From positions 1-42,882 of the forward strand of contig MNYY01000051.1 in assembly GCA_001873345.1 (NCBI GenBank): a stretch of DNA of 42,882 bases. The letters are read 5' to 3'. This document shows positions 1 through 8,452 of this stretch, piece by piece; within the stretch, counting starts at the first letter, position 1, and every line of letters begins with the position of its first letter. The translations under genes and the position numbers were made by a program. The notes under the pieces are model-generated. The model was not told the DNA's origin. It saw nothing but the letters and a program-made list of their open reading frames with translations, and ran no database searches. This stretch comes from Candidatus Infernicultor aquiphilus. Its GTDB lineage: Bacteria; Atribacterota; Phoenicimicrobiia; Phoenicimicrobiales; Phoenicimicrobiaceae.

Positions 1-92
1 TAAGAAAGAAATATGAGTTTAGATCAAAAATAACTATTAAGTAAAGTTTCCAAAAATATTAAAAATTAGAAATTAGAAAGGGATGATAAAAG

Positions 93-1877
93 ATGGAAGA
101 TCTTATGATAAGCGAAGTAACTAACTGTTATGAGAATAAATCAGAAAATCTTATACAAATACTTCGAGAAATTCATAAAAAACAAAATTATATTACTCCT
201 ACCCAATTGGAAGAAGTAGCTCAAAAGTTGAATCTTCCTTTAAGTAAAGTGTATGGAGCAGTCACTTTTTATACCTTGTTAAGTCCAAAGCCCAAAGGAA
301 AATATGTGTTAAGAATTTGTTCCAGTACTCCTTGTTATATGGCTGGAAGTGAGAATTTATTAAAGTATCTTAAGGATAAACTCAAAATTCAAGAAGGAGA
401 AACTAGTGCAGATGGACTTTTTACTTTAGAATCAACTAGTTGTTTAGGTATTTGTGCAGTTGCTCCAGCAATAATGGTAAATGATAGAGTATATGGTGAT
501 TTGAATATTCAGAAATTGGACCAAATAATTGAGAGGCGTAAAAGAGGAAAAATAGAAAAAGAAAAATTTGTTAGTTTAAGAGCAAATATTTTAAGCAATA
601 AAGAAGGGAGGATAGTTTTACAAAATTGTGGAATTATTAATCCAGAATCAATTGAAGAGTATAAAATGAGAAACGGATATGCTGCTTTATCAAAGGCAAT
701 TATTAAGATGACTCCTCAAGAGGTAATTAAAGAAGTAAAGGATTCAAAGTTAGTAGGTCGAGGAGGAGCAGCCTTTCCCACAGGTTTAAAATGGGAATTT
801 ACTTTTAGAGCAGCAGATAAACCTAAATATATTGTTTGTAATGCAGATGAAGGAGAGCCAGGAACTTTTAAAGACCGTTTAATTTTAGAAAATGATCCTC
901 ATAAAATTGTTGAAGCAATGGTTATTGCGGGGTATGCTGTTGGTGCAGAATATGGTTATATTTATATTCGAGGAGAATATAACCTTTCTATAAAGAGAAT
1001 AAAACAAGCTATCGAGATGGCAAAAGAACAAAATTATTTGGGGAAAAATATCTTGGGGACTAAATTTTCTTTTAATCTAGTAATTAGAGAAGGAGCAGGA
1101 GCATATATTTGTGGCGATGAAACTGCTCTAATGGAATCTATTGAAGGTAAAAGAGGAGAACCAAGATTAAAGCCTCCTTATCCTCCTACCTCAGGGCTTT
1201 GGAATAAACCAACAGTAATAAACAATGTAGAAACTTTAGCTAATATTCCTTCCATTATTTTAAAGGGAGCAGATTGGTATAATAAAATTGGACTAGTTGA
1301 AAGTACCGGGACTAAAGTGCTTACCCTTTTAGGAGATATAAAAAATCAAGGAGCAGTGGAAGTGCCCTTGGGTACGAATTTAAAAGATATTCTTTATGAT
1401 ATTGGTGGCGGTATAAAAGAAGGAAAGAAATTAAAGATGGTTCAATTAGGAGGTCCTTCAGGAAGTTACTTATCACCGGATATGATAGATATATCTTTAG
1501 ATTATAAGGTTTTATCTCAAGCTGGCTTAACTCTGGGTTCGGGTGTGGTATTAGTCTTATGTGAAGATAGGTGTACGGTAGATATAGTAAGAAATATAGC
1601 CCGCTTTTTTCAACATGAATCTTGTGGAAAATGCACCCCTTGCAGAGAAGGTACAGCAATAATATATCAAATTTTAACTAAGATAGCTCTGGGAAAAGGT
1701 GAAAACAATGATTTAGAGACCCTGAAATTATTAGGAGAAATTATGAAAGATGCCTCTTTTTGTGGATTAGGACAGACTGCTCCAAATTCTTTATTAAATA
1801 CTTTGCAACTTTTCCCTGAAGAATATCGGGAGCACATTCAAAAGAAGGGTTGTCCCTTGAATGTATGTAGAGAGTGA
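93..1877 (+). CDS. Formate dehydrogenase flavoprotein subunit, fused NuoE-like (2Fe-2S) and NuoF-like (FMN/NADH, 4Fe-4S) domains
   Basis: 594-aa ORF. The N-terminus has a NuoE/thioredoxin-like Cys pattern (CSSTPC...CLGIC). NuoF signatures follow: GRGGAAFPTGLKW, CNADEGEPGTFKDR and ESCGKCTPCREG. It lies directly upstream of fdhA. The protein ends soon after the N3 cluster, with no extra ferredoxin domain. Confidence 0.85.
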   Translation: MEDLMISEVTNCYENKSENLIQILREIHKKQNYITPTQLEEVAQKLNLPLSKVYGAVTFYTLLSPKPKGKYVLRICSSTPCYMAGSENLLKYLKDKLKIQEGETSADGLFTLESTSCLGICAVAPAIMVNDRVYGDLNIQKLDQIIERRKRGKIEKEKFVSLRANILSNKEGRIVLQNCGIINPESIEEYKMRNGYAALSKAIIKMTPQEVIKEVKDSKLVGRGGAAFPTGLKWEFTFRAADKPKYIVCNADEGEPGTFKDRLILENDPHKIVEAMVIAGYAVGAEYGYIYIRGEYNLSIKRIKQAIEMAKEQNYLGKNILGTKFSFNLVIREGAGAYICGDETALMESIEGKRGEPRLKPPYPPTSGLWNKPTVINNVETLANIPSIILKGADWYNKIGLVESTGTKVLTLLGDIKNQGAVEVPLGTNLKDILYDIGGGIKEGKKLKMVQLGGPSGSYLSPDMIDISLDYKVLSQAGLTLGSGVVLVLCEDRCTVDIVRNIARFFQHESCGKCTPCREGTAIIYQILTKIALGKGENNDLETLKLLGEIMKDASFCGLGQTAPNSLLNTLQLFPEEYREHIQKKGCPLNVCRE

Positions 1878-1967
1878 TAATAATATTTATTATATAAAAG
1901 AAATAATTATGTTTTATAAGAATTTTAAATTATTTAAATTAGGAGAGAGAAGGGAAGGAAGGCTATA

Positions 1968-4700
1968 ATGACAGAAGTAAATTTGACCATAAATGGTCAA
2001 AAAATAATAGCTAAAGAAGGAATAACCATACTGGAAGCTGTTAAACAAGCAGGGATTAAAATACCTACTTTATGCACTATGCCTGAATTAGGGTTTTCTC
2101 CAGGTTCTTGCCGAGTTTGCGTGGTTGAGGTTGAAGGTGCACCCACTTTATTAGCATCTTGTATGACTGATGTAAGAGAAGGAATGGTAATTTATACTAA
2201 TAGCGAAAGGGTTATAAAAGCACGCAAAATTGTTGTAGAATTATTAATTTCTAATCATCCCTTAGATTGTATGACTTGTGAAAAAAATGGTGATTGTGAT
2301 TTACAGAATCTTGCTTATGATTTAGGCATTAAAGAATCAAGATTTGGACGAAATGATAAGGAGATACCTTTAGACGAAACCAATCCCTTTATAGTAAGGG
2401 ATTTGAATAAATGTATTTTATGTGGTAGATGTGTAGAAATATGTAATGAAATTCAACAATCACATGCTATCGGTTTTGGTTATAGAGGCTCTAAAACAGA
2501 GATTATAGCGGGATTAGGAAATAGTTTGGGTTTTGAAACAAAAATGACCCCTGGTTTTAAGGCTAAAATAAAATATTCAAATTGTGTCTCTTGTGGGCAG
2601 TGTGTGGCTGTTTGTCCCGTAGGTGCTTTGATTGATAAAGCTGCTCAAGGAAAAGGAAGGGCCTGGGAATTTACTAAAGTAAAGACTACCTGTAATTACT
2701 GTGGATGTGGTTGTAATTTCGACTTTAATGTAAAAGAGGGAAAAGTAATAAAAGTTACTTCTAATCCGGAGAGTGTAGTCAATGGAATTAATCTATGTGT
2801 TAAAGGACGTTTCGGTTATGATTATATTCATCGAGATGACCGTTTAACTACTCCCTTGATTAAGAAAAAAGGTAAATTTGAGAAAGCCAGCTGGGAGGAA
2901 GCTTACCAATTAATTAGCAGTAAGTTTACCCAAATTAAAAAAGAAAGTGGCAGTGATAGTTTAGCCGTATTATCTTCAGCAAAATGTACCAATGAAGAGA
3001 ATTATCTTTTAATGAAATTTGGACGTGCAGTTTTAGGAACTAATAATGTTGACCATTGTGCTCGTTTGTGTCATTCGGCGACTGTGGCTGGTTTAGCTCA
3101 AGCCTTCGGTAGTGGAGCAATGACTAATTCCATCGAAGAGATTGCCCATGCTTCAGTTATTTATCTTACCGGTTCTAATACTACCGAGAATCATCCTATA
3201 ATTGCTCTGGAGATTAAAAAAGCAGTTACCAAAAATGGAGCAAAGTTAATTGTGGCTGATCCCCGAGAGATTGAACTGGTTAAATATGCTACTTTATGGC
3301 TCAGACAAAGACCAGGAACTGATGTAGCTTTATTTAATGGATTAATGAATGTGATTATTACTGAGGGTTTAGAAGATAAGGAATTTATTGCTCAAAGGAC
3401 AGAAGGTTATGAAGAATTAAAAAAGGCTGTGATTAAATATACTCCAGAAGTCGTAGAAAAGATTACTGGCATACCAGTAGAAGATATCCGAAAAGCGGCC
3501 CGGATTTATGCTACTGCCCCCACCGTCTCTCTTATTTATTCAATGGGGATTACCCAGCATACTACCGGAACCGATAATGTTTTGTCTACCGCTAACCTTT
3601 CTATGCTTACCGGGAATGTAGGCAAAGAAAGTGCCGGGGTTAACCCTCTACGTGGGCAGAGTAATGTACAAGGAGCTTGTGATATGGGAGCATTGCCGGA
3701 GGTTTATTCTGGTTACCAAAAAGTTATTGACCCTCAAATTAGAGAAAAATTTTCCAAAACCTGGGGAGTAGAACTATCCGATAAAGTTGGATTAACTGTA
3801 GTAGAGATATTAAATGCTGCCTACGAGGGAAAAATTAAAGGCATATTCGTTATGGCAGAAAATCCTGCTATGTCTGACCCTGATTTAAATCATGCTCGAG
3901 AAGCACTAAAGAGAACGGAGTTTTTAGTAGTTTCTGATATTTTTGTGACCGAAACTGCTGAATTGGCAGATGTAGTTTTACCAGGAGTTACTATTGCTGA
4001 AAAAGATGGTACTTTAACTAATACTGAAAGAAGGGTGCAAAGGATTAGAAAAGCTGTTGAACCGGTAGGTGAATCTAAACCAGAGTGGCAGATTATCTGC
4101 GAATTAGCTCAAAAGATGGGTTATAATATGAACTATAATAATCCGGGAGAAATAATGGAAGAGATTGCCCAGCTTACTCCCATTTATGGAGGAATGCATT
4201 ATAACCGATTGGATAAAGAGGGATTACAATGGCCTTGTCTTGATGCTAATCATTCGGGAACCAAATACCTGCATAAAGATAAATTTAGTAGAGGTAAGGG
4301 GAAATTCTCTGCTGTAGAATTTAAAGAAGCAGCTGAACTGCCCGACGAAGAGTATCCCTTACTCTTAACTACCGGAAGGGTATTATATCACTTCCATACC
4401 GGTACTATAACTCGAAGGTCTAAAGGATTAGATGAAATTTATCCTGAGGCATTAGTAGAAATTAATCCCCAGGATGCAGAAGAACTAAAGGTTAAAGATG
4501 GAGAATTTGTAGAAGTAACCTCTCGCCGGGGAAAGATTAAAGCTAAAGCAAAGGTTACTGAAAAATCAGGAAAGGGAGTTGTTTTTATGAGCTTTCATTT
4601 TCATGAAGCTGCTGCTAATTTACTTACTAATGCTGCCCTGGATCCAGTTTCTAAGATTCCAGAATATAAAGTATGTGCTATTAAAATTAAAAAAATATAA
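1968..4700 (+). CDS. fdhA: Formate dehydrogenase catalytic (alpha) subunit, molybdopterin-dependent, Cys-type, with NuoG-like N-terminal Fe-S domains
   Basis: 910-aa ORF preceded by a GGAGAGAGAAGGGAAGG purine tract. N-terminal Fe-S motifs are CRVC, CMTCEKNGDC, CILCGRC and CVSCGQCVAVCP. The MopB domain follows, with CNYCGCGC and the active-site segment DHCARLCHSATV. There is no in-frame TGA, so Cys replaces Sec. Confidence 0.9.
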   Translation: MTEVNLTINGQKIIAKEGITILEAVKQAGIKIPTLCTMPELGFSPGSCRVCVVEVEGAPTLLASCMTDVREGMVIYTNSERVIKARKIVVELLISNHPLDCMTCEKNGDCDLQNLAYDLGIKESRFGRNDKEIPLDETNPFIVRDLNKCILCGRCVEICNEIQQSHAIGFGYRGSKTEIIAGLGNSLGFETKMTPGFKAKIKYSNCVSCGQCVAVCPVGALIDKAAQGKGRAWEFTKVKTTCNYCGCGCNFDFNVKEGKVIKVTSNPESVVNGINLCVKGRFGYDYIHRDDRLTTPLIKKKGKFEKASWEEAYQLISSKFTQIKKESGSDSLAVLSSAKCTNEENYLLMKFGRAVLGTNNVDHCARLCHSATVAGLAQAFGSGAMTNSIEEIAHASVIYLTGSNTTENHPIIALEIKKAVTKNGAKLIVADPREIELVKYATLWLRQRPGTDVALFNGLMNVIITEGLEDKEFIAQRTEGYEELKKAVIKYTPEVVEKITGIPVEDIRKAARIYATAPTVSLIYSMGITQHTTGTDNVLSTANLSMLTGNVGKESAGVNPLRGQSNVQGACDMGALPEVYSGYQKVIDPQIREKFSKTWGVELSDKVGLTVVEILNAAYEGKIKGIFVMAENPAMSDPDLNHAREALKRTEFLVVSDIFVTETAELADVVLPGVTIAEKDGTLTNTERRVQRIRKAVEPVGESKPEWQIICELAQKMGYNMNYNNPGEIMEEIAQLTPIYGGMHYNRLDKEGLQWPCLDANHSGTKYLHKDKFSRGKGKFSAVEFKEAAELPDEEYPLLLTTGRVLYHFHTGTITRRSKGLDEIYPEALVEINPQDAEELKVKDGEFVEVTSRRGKIKAKAKVTEKSGKGVVFMSFHFHEAAANLLTNAALDPVSKIPEYKVCAIKIKKI

Positions 4701-4731
4701 AAAAATTAAAACTAATTAAAAGGAGAAAAAA

Positions 4732-5607
4732 ATGGATTCAAAAAAAGAAACAACTCAACACATCAGATACATTTTGCCAGGGTTTCTTTCACCTGGTGGA
4801 ATAGCCAATGCAATGATTGCAATAGGCAAGGCTAAGGCTAATTTATCAATATCTCGTATGCTTCTTTTAGGAATATTAGCTGGGGCATTTATTGGTTTTG
4901 GTTCAGAATTAGCCACTATAACTACTTATGATATGCCAAAATATCTTGGAGTAGGTTTTACTAAATTTATGTTTGGAAGTGTTTTTTCAGTAGGACTAAT
5001 GTTAATTATAATTGCCGGGGCAGAACTATTTACTGGAAATAATTTAATTTTAATGAAAGTATTAAATCGTGAAGGCGATCTAGGAAAAATGTTTAAAAGT
5101 TGGTTTTGGGTGTATGTAGCTAATTTTCTTGGTTCCTTATTATTGGTTCTTATTATGTTTGGAACAGGACTTTGGAAGACAGGTGATTTTGCAGTAGGAG
5201 CAAAAGCTTTAGCAATTGCCAATGGAAAAGTCAATCTAAGTTGGTTGGAGGCTTTTACTCGAGGAATTGGTTGTAATTGGCTGGTGTGTTTAGCTGTATG
5301 GATGTCAGTAGCTGCTAAAGATATAATTGGAAAGATTTTTGGAATCTATTTCCCTATTATGGCATTTGTAGCAAGTGGATTTGAACATTGTGTGGCAAAT
5401 ATGTATTTTATTCCAATGGGATTATTATTAAAGGGGAATGCTACTATAGTAGCTACAGCAGGACTAGCTGGTAAATTAAGTAACCTTACTTTACAAGGAT
5501 TTTTTGTAAATAATTTAACTCCAGTTACCCTGGGTAATATTGTGGGTGGATCACTTTGTGTTGCAACTGTATATTGGTTAGCTTATTTGAAAAAAAGTGA
5601 AAAATAA
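4732..5607 (+). CDS. focA: Formate/nitrite transporter (FNT) family channel
   Basis: 291-aa polytopic membrane ORF with AAGGAG 8 nt upstream. FNT-like segments include ELFTGN, GCNWLVCLAVW and FEHCVANMY. It is adjacent to fdhA. Confidence 0.88.
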   Translation: MDSKKETTQHIRYILPGFLSPGGIANAMIAIGKAKANLSISRMLLLGILAGAFIGFGSELATITTYDMPKYLGVGFTKFMFGSVFSVGLMLIIIAGAELFTGNNLILMKVLNREGDLGKMFKSWFWVYVANFLGSLLLVLIMFGTGLWKTGDFAVGAKALAIANGKVNLSWLEAFTRGIGCNWLVCLAVWMSVAAKDIIGKIFGIYFPIMAFVASGFEHCVANMYFIPMGLLLKGNATIVATAGLAGKLSNLTLQGFFVNNLTPVTLGNIVGGSLCVATVYWLAYLKKSEK

Positions 5608-5658
5608 AGCAAGCTTAATAAATAACATTAATAAAAATAAAATAAGATAATAATTAGA

Positions 5659-5693
5659 GGGTCAATTTTTCACTAAAATTTGACCCCTTTTTA
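5659..5693 (+). terminator. Putative intrinsic terminator after focA
   Basis: Imperfect stem GGGTCAATTTT / AAAATTTGACCC (one bulge) followed by CTTTTT. Confidence 0.55.
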
Positions 5694-5793
5694 TTATATT
5701 TATTTTCTTAGAGAAAGATAGTGTAAAATTTTAGTAGGGAGTTTTTAAAAAGAAAGGTTTGCCAAAAAATAAACTATATTTTTTGTTAACAAA

Positions 5794-6450
5794 ATGATAT
5801 TATATAAGGTTATGAAAATTAAAGATAAAAGATATTTTTCTTTAACCGCGATTATATTAGCGGGAGGGGAGAGCAGCAGGGTAGGTTTAAACAAAAGCAA
5901 AGATCAGATGAAATTAGCCGGAAGGCTTTTAATAGATTGGGTTATATCTACACTTACTTCTCTGGATAATTTAACCAAAGAAGATATTATTATAGTTGGC
6001 TCTAAAGAGAAATATTCTAATTTTAAGAGAGTATTTAAGGATATTTTTCCCCAAAAAGGTCCTTTGGGAGGGATATTTTCTGGCTTAAAGGCCTCTACCT
6101 CCCAGTATAATTTATTAGTAGGTTGTGATATGCCTTTTATAGAGGTAAAATTACTACAGTATATGATAGAAAATATAAATACTTATGATATGGTTATTCC
6201 TTGCCATGGTAAGGGATTAATTGAGCCTTTATGTGCAATTTACAGTAAAAGTTGTTTAGAGGTTATAGAGAGAAACATAAAAGCTGGAGTGTTATCAGTT
6301 AGAGAAATATTTCCCCACTTAAAAGTTAAATTTATTAAAGAGGAAGAGATAAAAAGATTTGATGCGGGACTTTATTCTTTTTTTAATATTAACTTTAAAG
6401 GCGATTTTACTAAGGCAGAAGAATTAATAAAAATGAGGAGAATAAAATAA
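5794..6450 (+). CDS. mobA: Molybdenum cofactor guanylyltransferase
   Basis: 218-aa ORF with MobA motifs: ILAGGESSRVG, GPLGGI and VGCDMPF. The FDH context supports the call. The start could instead be the ATG at 5812. Confidence 0.8.
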   Translation: MILYKVMKIKDKRYFSLTAIILAGGESSRVGLNKSKDQMKLAGRLLIDWVISTLTSLDNLTKEDIIIVGSKEKYSNFKRVFKDIFPQKGPLGGIFSGLKASTSQYNLLVGCDMPFIEVKLLQYMIENINTYDMVIPCHGKGLIEPLCAIYSKSCLEVIERNIKAGVLSVREIFPHLKVKFIKEEEIKRFDAGLYSFFNINFKGDFTKAEELIKMRRIK

Positions 6451-7230
6451 TTGTCTAGAGAAGCAAAAGGGATAATGGTAAATATAATTCGAATTAAAGA
6501 GAATAAAAAAGAAAATATTTTAGATTTAGTAGCCAGAGAAACTACTTTTACCATCTTATTAAACCAAAAAAAATTAGTTACTTTAAATTGCACTCCCGAG
6601 AAATATAAATATTTGGGCCTGGGTTTTCTCTATACCTCAGGTATTTTACGAAAAAAAGAAGATATTGTATCTTTAGAGATAAATAAAAAACAAGGTCTGA
6701 TGGATATAAGGATGGAAGGTACCTCTTTATTACCAAAAGATATTAGCAGTAATAATTTATGGTTAGGAATTTGCCAGCAAGCAGAAGGAGAGGGCAATCC
6801 ATTTTCATTTATCGATACTTCTTTAAAAATTAATCCTGGTTTGGTTTACTCTCTTATTTCTGAAATGCAAGAAAGAGCGGATTTTTTTAAATTGACCGGA
6901 GGAGTACACAGCTGCGCTTTAGCTGATAAAAATGGGTCTATAATATTATTTAGTGAAGATATTAGTCGTTATAATACTATTGACAAAATATTAGGAGAGG
7001 CTTTTGTCCATGATATCTCTACAGAAGATAAAATAATTTTAACCTCTTGTCGAATAACTTCTGGAATTTTACGGAAGATTATTACTGGGAAAGTACCGCT
7101 GATTATTTCCAGAGCTGCTCCTACAGATCGTACTATCGAGTTAGCCAAAAGAGCAGGTGTAACTTTGGTAGGATTTGTCCGTGGAGAGAGAATGAATATT
7201 TATAGTCATCCCCAGCGAATAGGAATTTAA
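6451..7230 (+). CDS. fdhD: Formate dehydrogenase accessory sulfurtransferase FdhD
   Basis: 259-aa ORF. The TTG start abuts the mobA stop; an alternative ATG is at 6475. It carries the FdhD-type GGVHSCAL and a C-terminal RAAPTDRTIELAKRAGVTLVGFVRG segment. Confidence 0.85.
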   Translation: MSREAKGIMVNIIRIKENKKENILDLVARETTFTILLNQKKLVTLNCTPEKYKYLGLGFLYTSGILRKKEDIVSLEINKKQGLMDIRMEGTSLLPKDISSNNLWLGICQQAEGEGNPFSFIDTSLKINPGLVYSLISEMQERADFFKLTGGVHSCALADKNGSIILFSEDISRYNTIDKILGEAFVHDISTEDKIILTSCRITSGILRKIITGKVPLIISRAAPTDRTIELAKRAGVTLVGFVRGERMNIYSHPQRIGI

Positions 7231-7260
7231 ATTTTACTTTAATAAGGAGCAAAACAAATT

Positions 7261-7698
7261 ATGCCAGAGGAAGAAATAATTGTCGCTATCGACCCTGGTA
7301 CCAAAAAGTGTGGCTATGCAGTAGTGGATTCTAATTTAAATGTTTTACAAAGAGAAGTTACTTTAGCAGAGAGAATAATAAATAGGATTAAAAATAGTTT
7401 TAAAGTTTACAATATAGAGGGGATTATTTTAGGAAAGGGCACTAATTATAAACAGATAGAAAATAAATTAAAAAACTATTTTCCTCGATTAAAAATTATC
7501 TTAATTGAGGAAAATTTCAGTACTTTAGAGGCAAGAAAAAAATATTTTGAAGCCTATCCACCTCGAGGTATTTCTAGACTTATCCCTCTATCCTTAAGAG
7601 TACCCCCTTGCCAATATGATGATTTTGTAGCAGTACTATTAGCAGAAAAGTATTTTAAAAATAAAAATAGTAGGGGCAGACCTTGTGTCTGCCCGTAA
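7261..7698 (+). CDS. YqgF/RuvX-like (RNase H-fold) putative nuclease; last 9 codons and stop supplied by a REP
   Basis: 145-aa ORF with AAGGAG upstream. The motifs IVAIDPGTKKCGYAVVD, IEENFSTLEAR and DDFVAVLLAEKYF resemble the YqgF family pattern. The C-terminal SRGRPCVCP-stop is encoded by REP copy 7670-7695. Confidence 0.45.
   Translation: MPEEEIIVAIDPGTKKCGYAVVDSNLNVLQREVTLAERIINRIKNSFKVYNIEGIILGKGTNYKQIENKLKNYFPRLKIILIEENFSTLEARKKYFEAYPPRGISRLIPLSLRVPPCQYDDFVAVLLAEKYFKNKNSRGRPCVCP
7670..7695 (+). repeat. REP element (GTAGGGGCAGACCTTGTGTCTGCCCG), forward orientation
   Basis: 8-bp stem GGGCAGAC/GTCTGCCC with a 5-nt loop and a 5' GTAG. The same 26-mer recurs at 12163, 12513, 22508 and 35577. 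Confidence 0.9.
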
Positions 7699-7703
7699 AA
7701 AGG

Positions 7704-7733
7704 CTCATTACATATTACTTATTACTGTATTTT
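7704..7733 (+). repeat. Module M3 (ATTAC-rich degenerate heptamers), forward
   Basis: CTCATTACATATTACTTATTACTGTATTTT. A near-identical copy is at 26573-26604. Reverse-complement copies are at 10730-10772 and 14076-14117. Confidence 0.85.
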
Positions 7734-7736
7734 GAC

Positions 7737-7771
7737 GCGATATGCGATATGCGATATGCGATATGCGATAC
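7737..7771 (+). repeat. Module M2: heptamer tandem repeat (GCGATAT)x4 + GCGATAC
   Basis: Five contiguous 7-bp units ending 7 nt (ATG 7778) or 22 nt (TTG 7793) before the candidate hypB starts. Confidence 0.95.
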
Positions 7772-7777
7772 GAATAA

Positions 7778-8452
7778 ATGGAGGTAAATACATTGACCAA
7801 AGTAAGGGTTTTTACTAATATTTTGAAGGCAAATGAAAATATTGCTCAAAAAAATAGAGAAATTTTTAATAAGAATAAGGTATATACGATTAATTTAATG
7901 AGTTCACCTGGGTCTGGAAAGACCAGCCTATTAGAAAGGACTATAGATTCACTAAAGAATGAATTAAGGATTGCAGTTATAGAGGGCGATCTTCAAACTA
8001 CTAAAGATGCGGAGAGAATAGAAAAATATAATATCCCGGTGACTCAAATAAATACCGATGGAGCTTGTCATTTAGATGCTAATATGGTAGCTAGTGTATT
8101 AGATTCCTATAATTTTAAGGAAATAGATCTTTTTGTTATTGAAAATGTGGGCAATTTAGTCTGTCCAGCAGGATATGATTTAGGAGAAGAGGATAGAGTA
8201 GTGATGGTAAGTATTCCTGAAGGAGACGATAAACCAATAAAATACCCCTTGATATTCCATAATGCAAATGTATTAATAATAAATAAGATTGATCTATTAC
8301 CTTATACTAATTTTAATAGGTTAAAAGTTAAAGAAGATGCCTTAAATATAAATCCCAATTTAAAAATATTCGAAATTTCTTGTCAGACTGGGGAAGGCTT
8401 AGAAAATTGGTTTATCTGGTTAAAAGAGCAGGTAAGTAAAAAGAAGAGGTGA
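7778..8452 (+). CDS. hypB: Hydrogenase nickel incorporation GTPase HypB
   Basis: 224-aa ORF with P-loop SSPGSGKTSLL, ENVGNLVCPA and NKIDLL. GGAGG at 7780-7784 overlaps the ATG at 7778. The true start may therefore be the in-frame TTG at 7793. Confidence 0.9.
   Translation: MEVNTLTKVRVFTNILKANENIAQKNREIFNKNKVYTINLMSSPGSGKTSLLERTIDSLKNELRIAVIEGDLQTTKDAERIEKYNIPVTQINTDGACHLDANMVASVLDSYNFKEIDLFVIENVGNLVCPAGYDLGEEDRVVMVSIPEGDDKPIKYPLIFHNANVLIINKIDLLPYTNFNRLKVKEDALNINPNLKIFEISCQTGEGLENWFIWLKEQVSKKKR

Noticed and set aside
93-1877. Electron-bifurcating HydB-type subunit
   Set aside because: The protein ends shortly after the N3 4Fe-4S motif and lacks the additional C-terminal 2x[4Fe-4S] ferredoxin domain. 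The evidence is insufficient to call bifurcation.
1968-4700. Selenocysteine-containing FdhA with a SECIS element
   Set aside because: The ORF is uninterrupted. The active-site position reads Cys (DHCARLCHS), so no in-frame TGA exists to recode.
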